DNA from: a bacterium
Lineage (GTDB): Bacteria; Patescibacteriota; Minisyncoccia; 2-02-FULL-40-12; IGHO2-12-FULL-4
NCBI GenBank assembly: GCA_030647955.1
Contig: JAUSIQ010000004.1
Span: 36,533-100,532, forward strand
Reading direction: 5' to 3'
DNA: 64,000 nucleotides
The notes beneath the pieces were generated by a model, which searched no databases, had not been told where the DNA came from, and saw only the letters and a list, made by a program, of their open reading frames with translations. Positions 43,258 to 54,000 of the stretch are shown piece by piece. Position numbers and translations under genes: made by a program. Position 1 is the stretch's first letter. Every line of letters begins with the position of its first letter.

Positions 43258-45927
43258 ATGTCATTTCTATCAAAAATTTTCGGTGATTCCAACGAGCGTT
43301 ATGTAAAAAACGCTCGTTTGCTAGTGGAAGAAATAAATAAAAAGGAAGCAGATCTCGAAAAGTTATCCAAAGAAGAAATTCAGGCCAAAACTTCGGGGCT
43401 CAAAAAAAGATTAACCGAAGGAGAAACCACCGACGTCATTTTGCCGGAAGCTTTTGCATTGGTGCGGGAGGCGGCTAAGCGCACGATTGGTCAGCGCCAT
43501 TACGATGTACAGCTGATCGGCGGCATCGCTTTGCACCAGGGAAAAATTGGCGAAATGAAAACCGGAGAAGGAAAAACTTTGGTGGCCACTTTGCCCGTGG
43601 TGCTCAATGCGCTGACCGGCAAGGGGGTGCACGTCGTTACCGTCAACGATTATCTTGCGAGACGCGATACGGCTTGGATGGGACAGATTTATGATTACTT
43701 AGGCTTAACCGTGAGCTGCTTGAATCACGAGACTAGTTATATCTACGATGCTAAGCATATCAGCCAGGAAGAAGAAAAAGATAAAACCCGCGATGAGCTG
43801 GGCAGTTTTAAAGTGGTCCACGAATATCTGCGTCCGATTACCAAGCGTGAAGCTTATGCCGCTGACATTACTTACGGCACCAACAACGAATACGGCTTTG
43901 ACTATTTACGCGACAATATGGTTATGTCTCTGGAGCAAAAGGTGCAAAGCAAAGGACACAACTTTGCCATTGTCGACGAGGTGGACTCTATTTTAATCGA
44001 TGAGGCACGTACGCCGCTAATCATTTCTGCTCCGGACAACGAATCCACCAAGCTGTATGAGACTTTTTCGAAAATCGTCCCCCGTTTTGTAGAAAACGAA
44101 GATTACAACGTCGACGAAAAATTAAAAGCCGTTTCCATTACGGAAAAAGGAATCGAAAAAGTCGAATCAGCTTTGGGCGTGGGCAATATTTATGAAGAGG
44201 GCGGTTTGCGATATGTGCATCACCTTGAACAGGCGCTGCGCTCTCATGTTTTATTTAAACTTGACCGCGACTATGTCGTCAAAGACGGAGAAGTTATTAT
44301 TGTGGACGAATTCACTGGCCGCTTAATGCCGGGCCGTCGCTGGTCCGATGGTTTACACCAAGCCGTGGAAGCTAAAGAAGGCGTGCTAGTGCAGAAAGAA
44401 TCGCGCACGATGGCAACCATCACCTTTCAAAACTATTTTCGTTTATATAAAAAATTAGGTGGTATGACTGGAACGGCCGCTACTTCGGCGGAAGAGTTTC
44501 ACAAAGTTTACAATATCGATGTCATTATCATCCCTTCGAATAAAATTATTCAGCGGGCCGATCTTACCGATCGCATTTACAAAACCGAGGCGGGAAAATT
44601 CCGCGCCGTAGCCAAAGAAGTTAAAGAGAAAAATGCCAAAGGCCAGCCGGTGCTGGTTGGTACGGTTTCCATTCAGAAAAACGAATTACTCTCCAAGTTA
44701 TTGGAGCGCGAAGGTGTTACTCACCAAGTTTTAAATGCTAAAAATCATGAAAGAGAAGCGGAGATTATCGCTCAAGCCGGTAAGTGGGGCGCAGTGACGG
44801 TGGCCACTAACATGGCTGGCCGTGGTGTGGACATTATCTTAGGTGGACAGCCTAATGATAAAGAAGAAGCGGAGAAAGTACGCGCGGCCGGAGGTTTACA
44901 TGTCATTGGCACAGAACGGCACGAAGCTCGTCGTATCGATAATCAGCTGCGCGGTCGCGCTGGCCGTCAGGGTGATCCGGGCTCTTCGCAATTTTTTGTT
45001 TCTACCGAAGATGATTTGGCCAGAGTGTTTGGCGGTGATCGTCTCAAGAATCTCATGGAGCGTTTGGGAGTGAGTGATGAGGACATGATTCAGAACAGTT
45101 TTGTCTCTAGAGCGATTGAGCAGGCGCAATCACGTATTGAAGGCCACCATTTCGATTCTCGTAAATATGTTTTGGAATACGATGACGTCATGAATCGTCA
45201 TCGTACCGCGATCTATAATCTCCGCAATCAAATTTTGGCTGAACCCAATAGTCGCTCCTTAATCTGGGAATACTTGGAGTGGGGTACCCAGCAATTAGTA
45301 ATGGCGCATACAGTCAGTGAAACAGGGGAATGGAATACCAAAGAAATCGACGAAAGTGTCCGGTCTCTAGTTGGTTTAGAAAAATCCATTCTTCCTGAAT
45401 TAGGGGAAGTGGCTAAAACTAAAGACCCGGCCGCTTTGCATGAATGGTTGATGGAGTTTTTGACTAAAGAATACGAAAAGAAGGAAGCGGGTATGGGCGC
45501 AGAGGCAATGCGTCGATTAGAGGGCTTGGTTTTGCTACGAGTCATTGATGAAATTTGGGTTGATCATTTGGAAACGATGGAGTATCTCAAAGAATCGGTG
45601 CGCTTGCGTGCTTATGGTCAGCGCGATCCTTTGGCTGAATACAAAATCGAAGCCCAAAAACTTTTTGATCAACTCCTCACTACTGTTAAATCCCAAGCGG
45701 CGAACTTAATTTTCAAAGTTAGCTTTGTTAGTCCCGTTAGAAGTAGCCCGTCTATAGAGTCCTCTGGACCGCGCTTGCGTGCGGGCGAAGCTTCTAATGG
45801 GATGCAGCAGGCTACGACACCTAAACATGGTTCAGATAGTGATACTCACAACATCGGCCGCAATGATCCCTGTTGGTGTGGTTCGGGTAAGAAGTATAAG
45901 AAATGCCATCTGAATAGGAAAAGCTAG
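43258..45927 (+). CDS. secA: Preprotein translocase ATPase SecA
   Basis: 889 aa. DEAD-motor motifs. Preprotein cross-linking and wing domains. C-terminal zinc finger CWCGSGKKYKKCH. Confidence 0.95.
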   Translation: MSFLSKIFGDSNERYVKNARLLVEEINKKEADLEKLSKEEIQAKTSGLKKRLTEGETTDVILPEAFALVREAAKRTIGQRHYDVQLIGGIALHQGKIGEMKTGEGKTLVATLPVVLNALTGKGVHVVTVNDYLARRDTAWMGQIYDYLGLTVSCLNHETSYIYDAKHISQEEEKDKTRDELGSFKVVHEYLRPITKREAYAADITYGTNNEYGFDYLRDNMVMSLEQKVQSKGHNFAIVDEVDSILIDEARTPLIISAPDNESTKLYETFSKIVPRFVENEDYNVDEKLKAVSITEKGIEKVESALGVGNIYEEGGLRYVHHLEQALRSHVLFKLDRDYVVKDGEVIIVDEFTGRLMPGRRWSDGLHQAVEAKEGVLVQKESRTMATITFQNYFRLYKKLGGMTGTAATSAEEFHKVYNIDVIIIPSNKIIQRADLTDRIYKTEAGKFRAVAKEVKEKNAKGQPVLVGTVSIQKNELLSKLLEREGVTHQVLNAKNHEREAEIIAQAGKWGAVTVATNMAGRGVDIILGGQPNDKEEAEKVRAAGGLHVIGTERHEARRIDNQLRGRAGRQGDPGSSQFFVSTEDDLARVFGGDRLKNLMERLGVSDEDMIQNSFVSRAIEQAQSRIEGHHFDSRKYVLEYDDVMNRHRTAIYNLRNQILAEPNSRSLIWEYLEWGTQQLVMAHTVSETGEWNTKEIDESVRSLVGLEKSILPELGEVAKTKDPAALHEWLMEFLTKEYEKKEAGMGAEAMRRLEGLVLLRVIDEIWVDHLETMEYLKESVRLRAYGQRDPLAEYKIEAQKLFDQLLTTVKSQAANLIFKVSFVSPVRSSPSIESSGPRLRAGEASNGMQQATTPKHGSDSDTHNIGRNDPCWCGSGKKYKKCHLNRKS

Positions 45928-46001
45928 AATTTAACCCATTACTTTATGGATAAAGCATCTTCGAATATCGACTACGCCTCTCGTGGTTGTAACTTGTCCG
46001 C

Positions 46002-46036
46002 TTGCATTTTAAATGGATGTACATTATAATGTACAT
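46002..46036 (+). promoter_or_regulatory. Promoter TTGCAT-N17-TATAAT overlapping a 20-bp perfect palindrome ATGTACATTATAATGTACAT (probable antitoxin autoregulatory operator)
   Basis: The palindrome spans 46017-46036 and embeds the -10 box. ATG at 46037 coincides with the predicted transcription start, so the mRNA is leaderless. Confidence 0.55.
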
Positions 46037-46381
46037 ATGAATATAAAACACACAATTCCTATATCACAGGCCCGTAAAGAGATATTTTCTATTGCTGAAC
46101 AGGTACAACAACCTGGCCAACATTTTACATTGACTGAAAATGGTAGGCCCAAAATTGTTGTTTTATCAGCATTAGAATTTGAGTCGTTGGTTGAGACTGT
46201 TGATGTACTTCGTGCCCTTCCTGACCTTGAAGATGATATTGCTGAAGCCAAAGAAGAATATAGACGCGGTAACCATGTGACACTTGATGACATGCTTGTT
46301 GGTGAGGGGTATGTCAAAATGAAAAAAAGAAAGAAAGGACATGAATTACAAAGTCATTCTACCAAAAAGGGTCGCAGATAA
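46037..46381 (+). CDS. Type II antitoxin, Phd/YefM family
   Basis: ISQARKEIFSIAEQVQQPGQHFTLTENGRPKIVVLSALEFESLVETVDVL. Lys-rich C-terminal tail. Overlaps the toxin gene. Confidence 0.6.
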   Translation: MNIKHTIPISQARKEIFSIAEQVQQPGQHFTLTENGRPKIVVLSALEFESLVETVDVLRALPDLEDDIAEAKEEYRRGNHVTLDDMLVGEGYVKMKKRKKGHELQSHSTKKGRR

Positions 46382-46592
46382 TCTTGCTAGAATTGAAAAG
46401 CGATATCGTGATCAACTCTACGTCGCATTAAAAGGACTTGAAAAAAGTCCTTTGTTGGGCAAAAAACTATGGGGTCAATATAGTAAATATCGCTCATTAC
46501 GCGTTAGTGATTATCGCATAGTTTATCAGGTAAGAGCATCTGAGCTGGTAGTTTTAATTATTAAGATAGGTAATCGACAGGGAATTTATTAA
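46341..46592 (+). CDS. Type II toxin, RelE/ParE (YoeB-like) family
   Basis: 83 aa, MNYKVILPKRVADNLARI...YRIVYQVRASELVVLIIKIGNRQGIY. The stop lies inside the bidirectional hairpin region 46590-46645. Confidence 0.65.
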   Translation: MNYKVILPKRVADNLARIEKRYRDQLYVALKGLEKSPLLGKKLWGQYSKYRSLRVSDYRIVYQVRASELVVLIIKIGNRQGIY

Positions 46593-46647
46593 AAATGAAT
46601 ATTCCAAAAATATTCTGGCTATGTTAAATAAAAAAGCCCGGAGGGGC

Positions 46648-46971
46648 TTATCTGAAGCGAATTACTCGGAATGAGTGCCTGGTACCGTCTGTCTCGTGTA
46701 GTTCTAGTGCAATCCACTTATCTCTGAGTAGTACCTTTCCGTTTGTTACTGCTTGGATCTTATTAATGGCCTCGCGCAATGAGACGCTTTTACCATTTAA
46801 TTCATCTGCTACTCTTTTTACTTTGCTCGGTATAGGGATAGAGGCGCCCACAAATCCAGGATGAGGATCAAAAAATTCTCTTATGGCATTAAGATTCGTG
46901 CTCATTTCGTTTCCCCTTTTTTGTAAGAGGAACAGCCTTCGGAGTGATAGGGCTCTCGGTACATTTTCCAA
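46648..46971 (-). CDS. Hypothetical small protein
   Basis: ORF only. Likely start at internal MSTNLNAIREFF. Terminator AAGCCCctccGGGCTTTTTT lies downstream on the minus strand. Confidence 0.3.
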   Translation of the reverse strand: MENVPRALSLRRLFLLQKRGNEMSTNLNAIREFFDPHPGFVGASIPIPSKVKRVADELNGKSVSLREAINKIQAVTNGKVLLRDKWIALELHETDGTRHSFRVIRFR

Positions 46972-47243
46972 CTACACCGACATTCTTCACAGCGCATCCC
47001 GATAGCGCTGCCGTCTTGGTCACGACGTAAAATTCTGACCCGACCTTTCTTGGTCTCGATGACCCTTTTTTCAAGTTGCGAGACATCTTTTTCGCGCGGT
47101 TCGCGGTACGGGTCTAGCACCCCAGATAGAGCCCGTAAGTCTCTTACGGTGAATGTGGATAGTGGCAAAGATTCCACCTTATTTTTAAGCTTCCGAACGC
47201 GCTCCATAAACTGCTCTCTCGCTTCTGTCTCTGAATCTATCAT
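46902..47243 (-). CDS. Hypothetical small protein with C-terminal Cys/His cluster (zinc-ribbon-like)
   Basis: CEECRCSWKMYREPYHSEGC. Overlaps the downstream small ORF. Possible second TA-like pair (speculative). Confidence 0.3.
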   Translation of the reverse strand: MIDSETEAREQFMERVRKLKNKVESLPLSTFTVRDLRALSGVLDPYREPREKDVSQLEKRVIETKKGRVRILRRDQDGSAIGMRCEECRCSWKMYREPYHSEGCSSYKKGETK

Positions 47244-47312
47244 CGTGCTACCCCTATTTATTCTGGACTGGGGAAATAGTAAAATAAAGCCAGTCTGTTG
47301 TAAATAGTAAGT

Positions 47313-47960
47313 ATGACCAATAAAAAATCCCCGGCTCCCATTATTGTGGCGTTGGATGGGATGACAAAGAAGGAGGCTTTAAAAATGGCTCAAGAGCTAA
47401 AAGGTTTAGTGTGGGGTTTTAAGGTTAACGATCTGTTGTTTGAGGGAGTAGAGATTATTAAAAAACTAAAAAAGTTTGGAAAAGTTTTCGCCGATGCCAA
47501 ACTGCATGACATTCCTAATACTGTGGCCAATAGTGTGGCAAGATTGTCCAAAGCCGAAGCAGATTTAATTACCGTGCATGCTTCGGGAGGAGTGGAGATG
47601 ATGCGGGCGGCAAAGAAAGTAGCAGGGAAAAGCAAGCTTATCGCCGTAACAGTATTAACTTCGCAGAAGAGTGGAAAATCAGTTGGGCAATTGGCCAAAG
47701 ATGCTCAAAAAGCGGGAGTAGATGGTGTGGTTTGTTCTGCGGACGAATTAAAGAAAGTTAAAAAGCTGAAGAATTTAATAAAAGTGGTGCCGGGGATTAG
47801 GCCGGAGTGGTACAAAAGCAAAGACGATCAGCAAAGAATTGCTTCTCCGCGCCAGGCTTTGGAAAATGGCGCTGATTTTTTGGTGATCGGGCGGCCCATT
47901 ACCCAATCACCGAGTCCTTTGGCCGCGCTTAAAAAAATCTTGGCGGAGGTAAAAATTTAA
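47313..47960 (+). CDS. pyrF: Orotidine-5'-phosphate decarboxylase
   Basis: IIVALDGMTKKEAL and DAKLHDIPNTVANSV (DxKxxDIPNT motif). 215 aa. Confidence 0.85.
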   Translation: MTNKKSPAPIIVALDGMTKKEALKMAQELKGLVWGFKVNDLLFEGVEIIKKLKKFGKVFADAKLHDIPNTVANSVARLSKAEADLITVHASGGVEMMRAAKKVAGKSKLIAVTVLTSQKSGKSVGQLAKDAQKAGVDGVVCSADELKKVKKLKNLIKVVPGIRPEWYKSKDDQQRIASPRQALENGADFLVIGRPITQSPSPLAALKKILAEVKI

Positions 47961-47977
47961 GATAAGATCAGAGAACC

Positions 47978-48760
47978 ATGGAAAACAAAACAATCAAATT
48001 AATTTCGTTAAATACCTGGGCAGGACGATCCATGTATTTACTGATGAAATTTTTTCAGTGCTATGCCGATAAGGTGGATATTTTTTGTTTACAGGAGATG
48101 TATGACACAGATCAAAATATTGTGGACGAAAAGCATCCCGAGGAGCATGTTTGTGGAAAACTATTTCCCAAAGTATCCAATGAACTGAAAGATTTTGAAG
48201 GGTCTTTCGCTTATTTCGACGATGATCCTAATCGCATGAGTTTGGCTATTTTTGTGCGGCGGGGCTTACCCATCAAGACGATCGAAGATTTTGTGGTTTA
48301 CAAACCGGAAAAACCTCAGGAAACCGGCAGTTCTATTATTTCGCCCCGCAAATTACAATATCTTACTCTGGAAAAAGATGGTAAAGAGTTTATGATTGCC
48401 AACTTTCATGGTCTTTGGATTCCCGCACCCAAAACCGATACTCCGGAAAGAATCGCACAGTCACAAGTGCTAAATGATTTTCTAGATAAATTTAATTGCT
48501 CTAAAGTTCTGTGCGGAGATTTTAATCTTTTGCCGGACACCCAGTCGGTGAAAATGATTGAGAAAAATATGCGTAATTTAGTTACGGAAAATAATATTCA
48601 ATCTACTCGCACGATTTTGTATCGCAATATTTATCAGCCCGACGAGCCTAAATTCGCTGACTATATTTTTACCTCTCCTGATGTAAAGGTAGTGGACTTT
48701 AAAGTTTTGCCGGATATTTGCTCTGACCACTCTCCGCTTTATTTAGAGTTTGGGATTTAA
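47978..48760 (+). CDS. Endonuclease/exonuclease/phosphatase (EEP) family protein
   Basis: LISLNTW, CGDFNLLPDT and SDHSPL catalytic motifs. Confidence 0.75.
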   Translation: MENKTIKLISLNTWAGRSMYLLMKFFQCYADKVDIFCLQEMYDTDQNIVDEKHPEEHVCGKLFPKVSNELKDFEGSFAYFDDDPNRMSLAIFVRRGLPIKTIEDFVVYKPEKPQETGSSIISPRKLQYLTLEKDGKEFMIANFHGLWIPAPKTDTPERIAQSQVLNDFLDKFNCSKVLCGDFNLLPDTQSVKMIEKNMRNLVTENNIQSTRTILYRNIYQPDEPKFADYIFTSPDVKVVDFKVLPDICSDHSPLYLEFGI

Positions 48761-48811
48761 TTTCATCAATGCGGATAAGTTTCTATTAAACAATTCTTCA
48801 CAATTGGTATA

Positions 48812-49207
48812 ATGCATTTCATGGACACAACCAAGAAGAAGATATTAATTGTTGATGACGATGCCAGTATTACAGAAATTTTTACTGATAAACTAGTGGC
48901 GAGCGGTTTTTCGGTTCTAGTGGCTCGAGATGGAGAAAGTGGCTTGAGCTTGGCTTTGCATGAGCATCCGGATTTGGTTTTTTTGGATATCTTGATGCCC
49001 AAGATGGATGGTCTAGCCGTGCTGAAGGAATTAAAAAAAGACGACTGGGGGCAGATGGTGCCAATTTTCATGTTGACTAATATCGGAGAAACGGAGAAAA
49101 TATCGGAAGCCCTCAATGACAAGGTCACCGGCTATTTTATTAAAGGCACCACGGAGCTGGATGAAATCGTGGGAGTAGCGAGGACCACATTGGGGCTAGC
49201 GAGCTAA
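48812..49207 (+). CDS. Stand-alone response-regulator receiver domain (CheY-like)
   Basis: KILIVDDDASITEIF...DLVFLDILMPKMDG...MLT. Extended -10 TGGTATAAT sits immediately 5', so the gene is possibly leaderless from ATG 48821. Confidence 0.8.
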   Translation: MHFMDTTKKKILIVDDDASITEIFTDKLVASGFSVLVARDGESGLSLALHEHPDLVFLDILMPKMDGLAVLKELKKDDWGQMVPIFMLTNIGETEKISEALNDKVTGYFIKGTTELDEIVGVARTTLGLAS

Positions 49208-49818
49208 TGGATCTCAAATCTACTTACAACCGAATCGCGGAGGATTGGTATAAAGAGCACTCCGATGATACATTTGGGAAACCGATGGCCGACAAGTTTG
49301 CGGCGCTGCTTCATCCTGGCGATAGTGTTTTGGATGTAGGATGTGGAGCGGGGACAAAAGCGAAGTATCTGACCAAACATGGTCTAAAGGTAACGGGCAT
49401 TGATTTTTCAGATAAACTTTTGGCTATCGCGATGCGAGAAGTTCCGGAGAGTCGTTTCATTTTGATGGACATGCACGAGGTAGATCAGCTGGTAGAAACA
49501 TTTGATGGGATTTTTCTCAGTGCGGTATTATTGCATGAACCCAAAGATCGTTTTCGTGAAACTTTGGGCTCTATGCTGACACGTTTGAAATCTGGCGGTT
49601 ACGTTTTTATCACCCTAAAAGAAAAACCGCTGGGCAAGAAAGACGAGGAAACCGAGGTAGAGCATGATTATGGCTACGAATACCGAAGATTTTTTAGTTA
49701 TTATACTTCCGATGAGATTAAGGAGCACTGCGAGGCATTGGGGCTGGAGATAGTAAGTCTGGAAACAGTGGATAGCGGAAAAAGGAACTGGATCTTTGTT
49801 ATTGCTAAAAAAACATAA
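49207..49818 (+). CDS. Class I SAM-dependent methyltransferase
   Basis: VLDVGCGAGTKAKYL motif I. Overlap with upstream and downstream genes is TAATG. Confidence 0.75.
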   Translation: MDLKSTYNRIAEDWYKEHSDDTFGKPMADKFAALLHPGDSVLDVGCGAGTKAKYLTKHGLKVTGIDFSDKLLAIAMREVPESRFILMDMHEVDQLVETFDGIFLSAVLLHEPKDRFRETLGSMLTRLKSGGYVFITLKEKPLGKKDEETEVEHDYGYEYRRFFSYYTSDEIKEHCEALGLEIVSLETVDSGKRNWIFVIAKKT

Positions 49819-50531
49819 TGCCTAAATTAATTTTCGACATTGAGACGATTGGAGAAGACTTTGATCGACTGGACGATACTACCCAGGAAATTTTGACGCG
49901 CTGGATTAAAAAAGAATCGGATGGAGAACCGGAATACCAAACCGCTCTGGAAGAATTAAAAAACGGGATGGGTTTCTCGCCGCTGACCGGAGAGATCGTG
50001 GCTATCGGAGTTTTAGACTCAGAAAAGGATAAAGGCGTGGTCTATTATCAGCATCCCGGAAAAGAAGGGGAAGAATCTGAAGAGGATGGGATTAAGTTTA
50101 AGGCGATGAGCGAAAAAGAAATGCTTGAGAAGTTCTGGGAAGGAGCCAAAAGTTACGATGAATTTGTTACATTTAATGGCCGGGGTTTTGATGTGACGTT
50201 TATTATGGTGCGTTCGGCGGTACATGGTATTCGTCCAAGCAAGGATCTGCTTTCTAATCGTTATCTATCGTTACAGAAATTTGGCTCGAAGCATGTCGAC
50301 TTGCTCGATCAGCTTTCTTTTTACGGAGCAGTCTATCGCAACAAAGGTAACTTGCACATGTGGACGCGGGCTTTTGGTATCACTAGTCCGAAAGCGGGCG
50401 GCGTGACCGGGGATGATGTCGGTCGTCTTTTTAAGGAAGGGGAGTTCTTGAAGATTGCTCAATACAATGTCGGAGACCTTCGGGCTACTCGAGATCTTTA
50501 TCGTACGTGGGAAGAGTATTTGCGGTTTTAA
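49818..50531 (+). CDS. RNase H-like 3'-5' exonuclease (DEDDy, PolB-exonuclease-related / YprB-like)
   Basis: Exo I LIFDIETIG. Exo II FNGRGFDVTFI. Exo III YNVGDLRATRDLY. Confidence 0.6.
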   Translation: MPKLIFDIETIGEDFDRLDDTTQEILTRWIKKESDGEPEYQTALEELKNGMGFSPLTGEIVAIGVLDSEKDKGVVYYQHPGKEGEESEEDGIKFKAMSEKEMLEKFWEGAKSYDEFVTFNGRGFDVTFIMVRSAVHGIRPSKDLLSNRYLSLQKFGSKHVDLLDQLSFYGAVYRNKGNLHMWTRAFGITSPKAGGVTGDDVGRLFKEGEFLKIAQYNVGDLRATRDLYRTWEEYLRF

Positions 50532-50584
50532 GATAATGTAGTACGGTAGTAGTAGATACTTAAAAACAAAGAGAGGAGGGCGTT

Positions 50585-50929
50585 ATGGCAGGCTTTATTG
50601 TTGTTTTTATTTTTATCTTTTGCGCCTTCCTGGCTATGGGGTTTATATCAAGGCGGCGATGGAAGCGTGGACCGGCGATAGTAATTGTAATAACCGATCG
50701 TGCTTATCGGGCCGGATATGATTCGGTCAAGATGGGTTTTCAGGAAATAAACTTTAAGAACATGCCGGTTAGTGGTAGGCAAACTGCTAGAGACTTAAAA
50801 GTATACGAAGAGCATTATTTAAAAGGACGAGCGGCGGCTCTTGCGGAAGTGGCGCAAGAGACGAAGCCTACTCCTCCCTCGCCTCAACAAGGCAAGGATA
50901 AGCGAGGTGTATTGAGACGCATAAAATAA
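50585..50929 (+). CDS. Hypothetical small membrane protein
   Basis: N-terminal TM helix FIVVFIFIFCAFLAMGFI. Basic/Pro-rich tail. Terminator at 50945-50972. Confidence 0.35.
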   Translation: MAGFIVVFIFIFCAFLAMGFISRRRWKRGPAIVIVITDRAYRAGYDSVKMGFQEINFKNMPVSGRQTARDLKVYEEHYLKGRAAALAEVAQETKPTPPSPQQGKDKRGVLRRIK

Positions 50930-50944
50930 TTTGCATAAAAAAAC

Positions 50945-50972
50945 GGAGCATCGCGGGATGCTCCTTTAAAAT
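50945..50972 (+). terminator. Rho-independent terminator
   Basis: GGAGCATCgcggGATGCTCC followed by TTTAAAAT. Confidence 0.6.
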
Positions 50973-51019
50973 CGGCACAGCCTACATTTTTTAATTATCT
51001 GTATGTTATACTGCAATTA

Positions 51020-54000
51020 ATGAAGGAATCTTCTCAAAAATTTGCAGATTATTACAAGAAGCTGAATGCGGAGCAGAAGGCGGCAGTGGATACGGTGGAA
51101 GGACCGGTTATGGTGATCGCCGGACCGGGAACGGGTAAGACACAGGTGCTTACTTTGCGCGTGGCGAACATTTTATTAAAAACCCAGGTGAATCCGGGGA
51201 ATATTTTGGCGATGACTTTTACAGAAAGCGGAGCGGCAGAAATGCGCCAGAGGCTTTCGGCGATTATTGGCCGTACCGCTTATCAGGTCAATATTTTTAC
51301 CTTTCATAGTTTTTGCAACGACCTCATTCAAACCTACCCCGAAGAATTTCCGGCGATTTTGGGGCGCAAACCGTCCAACGAAATTGAGCAAATCGAGCTG
51401 GTTAAAAAAGTAATTGACGAGACTGATTTGAAACTACTCCGGCCCTTTGGAGAAACTTATTTTTATCTGCGTGAGGCGAGAAGGATGATCAGTCATCTTA
51501 AGCGTGAAGGTGTGGGTCCGGAGGATTTTCGGAATCGTTTAGCGAAAGAAGAAAAAGCTTTTGCGGCGATCGACGATCTTTACTACGATTCCGGCCGTTA
51601 TAAAGGGAAGATGAAAGGAAAATATACAGACTGGAAAAAACAGATTGATAAAAATGTGGAGCTTGCGGAAATGTATCGCGGCTACCAAGAGGCTTTGGTG
51701 GAGGCGAAGCAATACGACTACGACGATATGATTTTAGAAGTAGCCAAGACTCTGGCAAAAAACGAATCATTTCTTCTTCGTCTTCAGGAACAGTTTCAAT
51801 ATTTTTTGGTGGACGAACATCAAGATACCAACAATGCTCAAAACAAAGTACTGGAATTGTTGAGTGGTTTTTTTGATCAGCCTAATTTGTTTGTGGTGGG
51901 GGATGAGAAGCAAGCAATCTTTCGTTTCCAGGGCGCCAGTTTGGAAAATTTTCTCTACTTTAAAAAACTTTATCCGGGAGCGAAGTTAATTACCTTGAAG
52001 AGCAATTATCGCTCGACCCAGCCCATTTTAGATGCGGCGCATGATCTGATTGGTAATAACCAGCGAAAACTTTCCGATGTTTTGGAGGGGGTGGCGGAGG
52101 GTTTGGTTTCAGCTACGGTGCATCCTAAAAAATTAGTCGAGGTTTATTCCTTTAAACAGACCGAGGCGGAGCATTATTTTGTCTCTCAAAAAATTTCTGA
52201 ACTATTGAAAGAGGGAATCTCTCCGGAAGAAATTGCGGTAATCTATCGCGATAACCGCGATGCCTTTGAAGTGGGTGGAATGTTGGATAAGCACGGCGTT
52301 CCTTTTAGAGTGGAGTCTGGAGAAAATATTTTAGCTAGTTTGGAAATTCGTAATCTCATTAACGTTTTACGCTTTTTAAACGACTTCTCTTCGGAGGAAA
52401 AATTGTTTGAAATTTTGAGCACTGATTTTTTAGGAATCCCCGCTTTGGACGTTTATCGACTTCATGCCCCGGGAGTGCGCAGTGTTTCTTTGTTGGAGCT
52501 ATTGCAGAGTGAAAGACGGTTGCAGTCAGCGGGAGTGGAGCAGATTCAAAAAGTAAAGACGTTGGGTGAAAACCTTTTACGCTGGCAGAAGTTATCCCGA
52601 AATACGGGCCTGCTCACGCTTTTTGAAACGGTGATTAGAGAATCCGGATTTCTGGCTACCTTACTGGCGCAAAAAAACTCGGCGATTGGGTTAACGAGAC
52701 TCGAAGCACTCTTTCGAGAAGTGAAAAGATTAGTATTTAATCATCCTCAAACTACTTTGGCGGATTTTGTGCGCTATCTGGATAATTTGGAAGAGCATCA
52801 AGTGGGCATCAAAGCGGGAGCTTTGGGCTATACTCCGAAAGCAGTGCGTTTAATGACCGCTCACGGCGCCAAGGGCTTGGAATTTGATCATGTCTTTATC
52901 GTAAACTGTTTTGATGGACACTGGGGTAATCGTCGTATTCCTAAATTAATTAAGCTGCCAAGCCTTGGCCTATCCACCGACAACACCTCCCCTCACCCAG
53001 ACCCGGGGAACCAGTCCCGTCGGTTCCCCCACCAGAGTGGGTCCCCCTCCGCTACTGGGTACGGGGAGGAGTTGTCGGTTCTAGGGGGGGGATCCCCGGA
53101 ATTAGATGATGAGCGACGACTCTTTTACGTTGCCATCACTCGTGCCAGAAAAATGGCTTACCTTTCTTATGCTTTACAAGGAACCAATCAAAAGACCCAG
53201 TCACCTTCTCAATTTTTGGAAGAAATTAAACCAGAGCTGAAGGGTAAAGGAGAGGTTTCGATCTACGAAGAAAGATTGGAAAAAAATCGCGCCATATTTT
53301 ATGAAGCTCCGCGCAGTCCGGGTTTTTCCATTTTCGAAAAAGATTATCTCAACGAGCTGTTTTATCGCCGCGGATTGTCGGCCACGGCGCTGAATAATTA
53401 TCTCGCTTGTCCATGGCGATATTTTTATCTTAATCTGCTGAAAATCCCGCGAGCGAAAAGTAAGTCGCAGATGTACGGCACGGCTGTGCATGCCGCCCTG
53501 AAAGATTTTTTCAATGCTTTAAAGGATGGCCAACCCGATTTGAATTTTCTTCTCGAACGCTTTAAAGAAGCTTTAGAGAAAGAACCATTGCTGACTCAAG
53601 AAGCGGCTCAAGTTTTAGTCCGAGGAAACGAAGTTTTAGCGGCTTACTATAATTTTTACCAATCCCGGTTCAGCGCGTATGCTACTCAAAACGAGTTTAA
53701 AGTTACGGGAGTGACACTGGAAGTGGGCGGAAGACAGATTAATTTAACGGGGTCTTTGGATAAGATTGAATATCTGGCCGGAGGGAAAGAAATGAACGTG
53801 GTGGATTACAAAACCGGAAAACCACGAACCCGCAATGAGTTGGAGGGCAAGACTAAAAACGCTACGGGAGATTACAAAAGACAGCTTACTTTTTACAAGC
53901 TACTTTTAGATGAAATGCCCGGGTTTTCGGCCAAAATGATTTCAGGAGAAATAGATTTTGTGGAACCGGACAAAAGCGGCAAGTTTCATAAAGAGAGATT

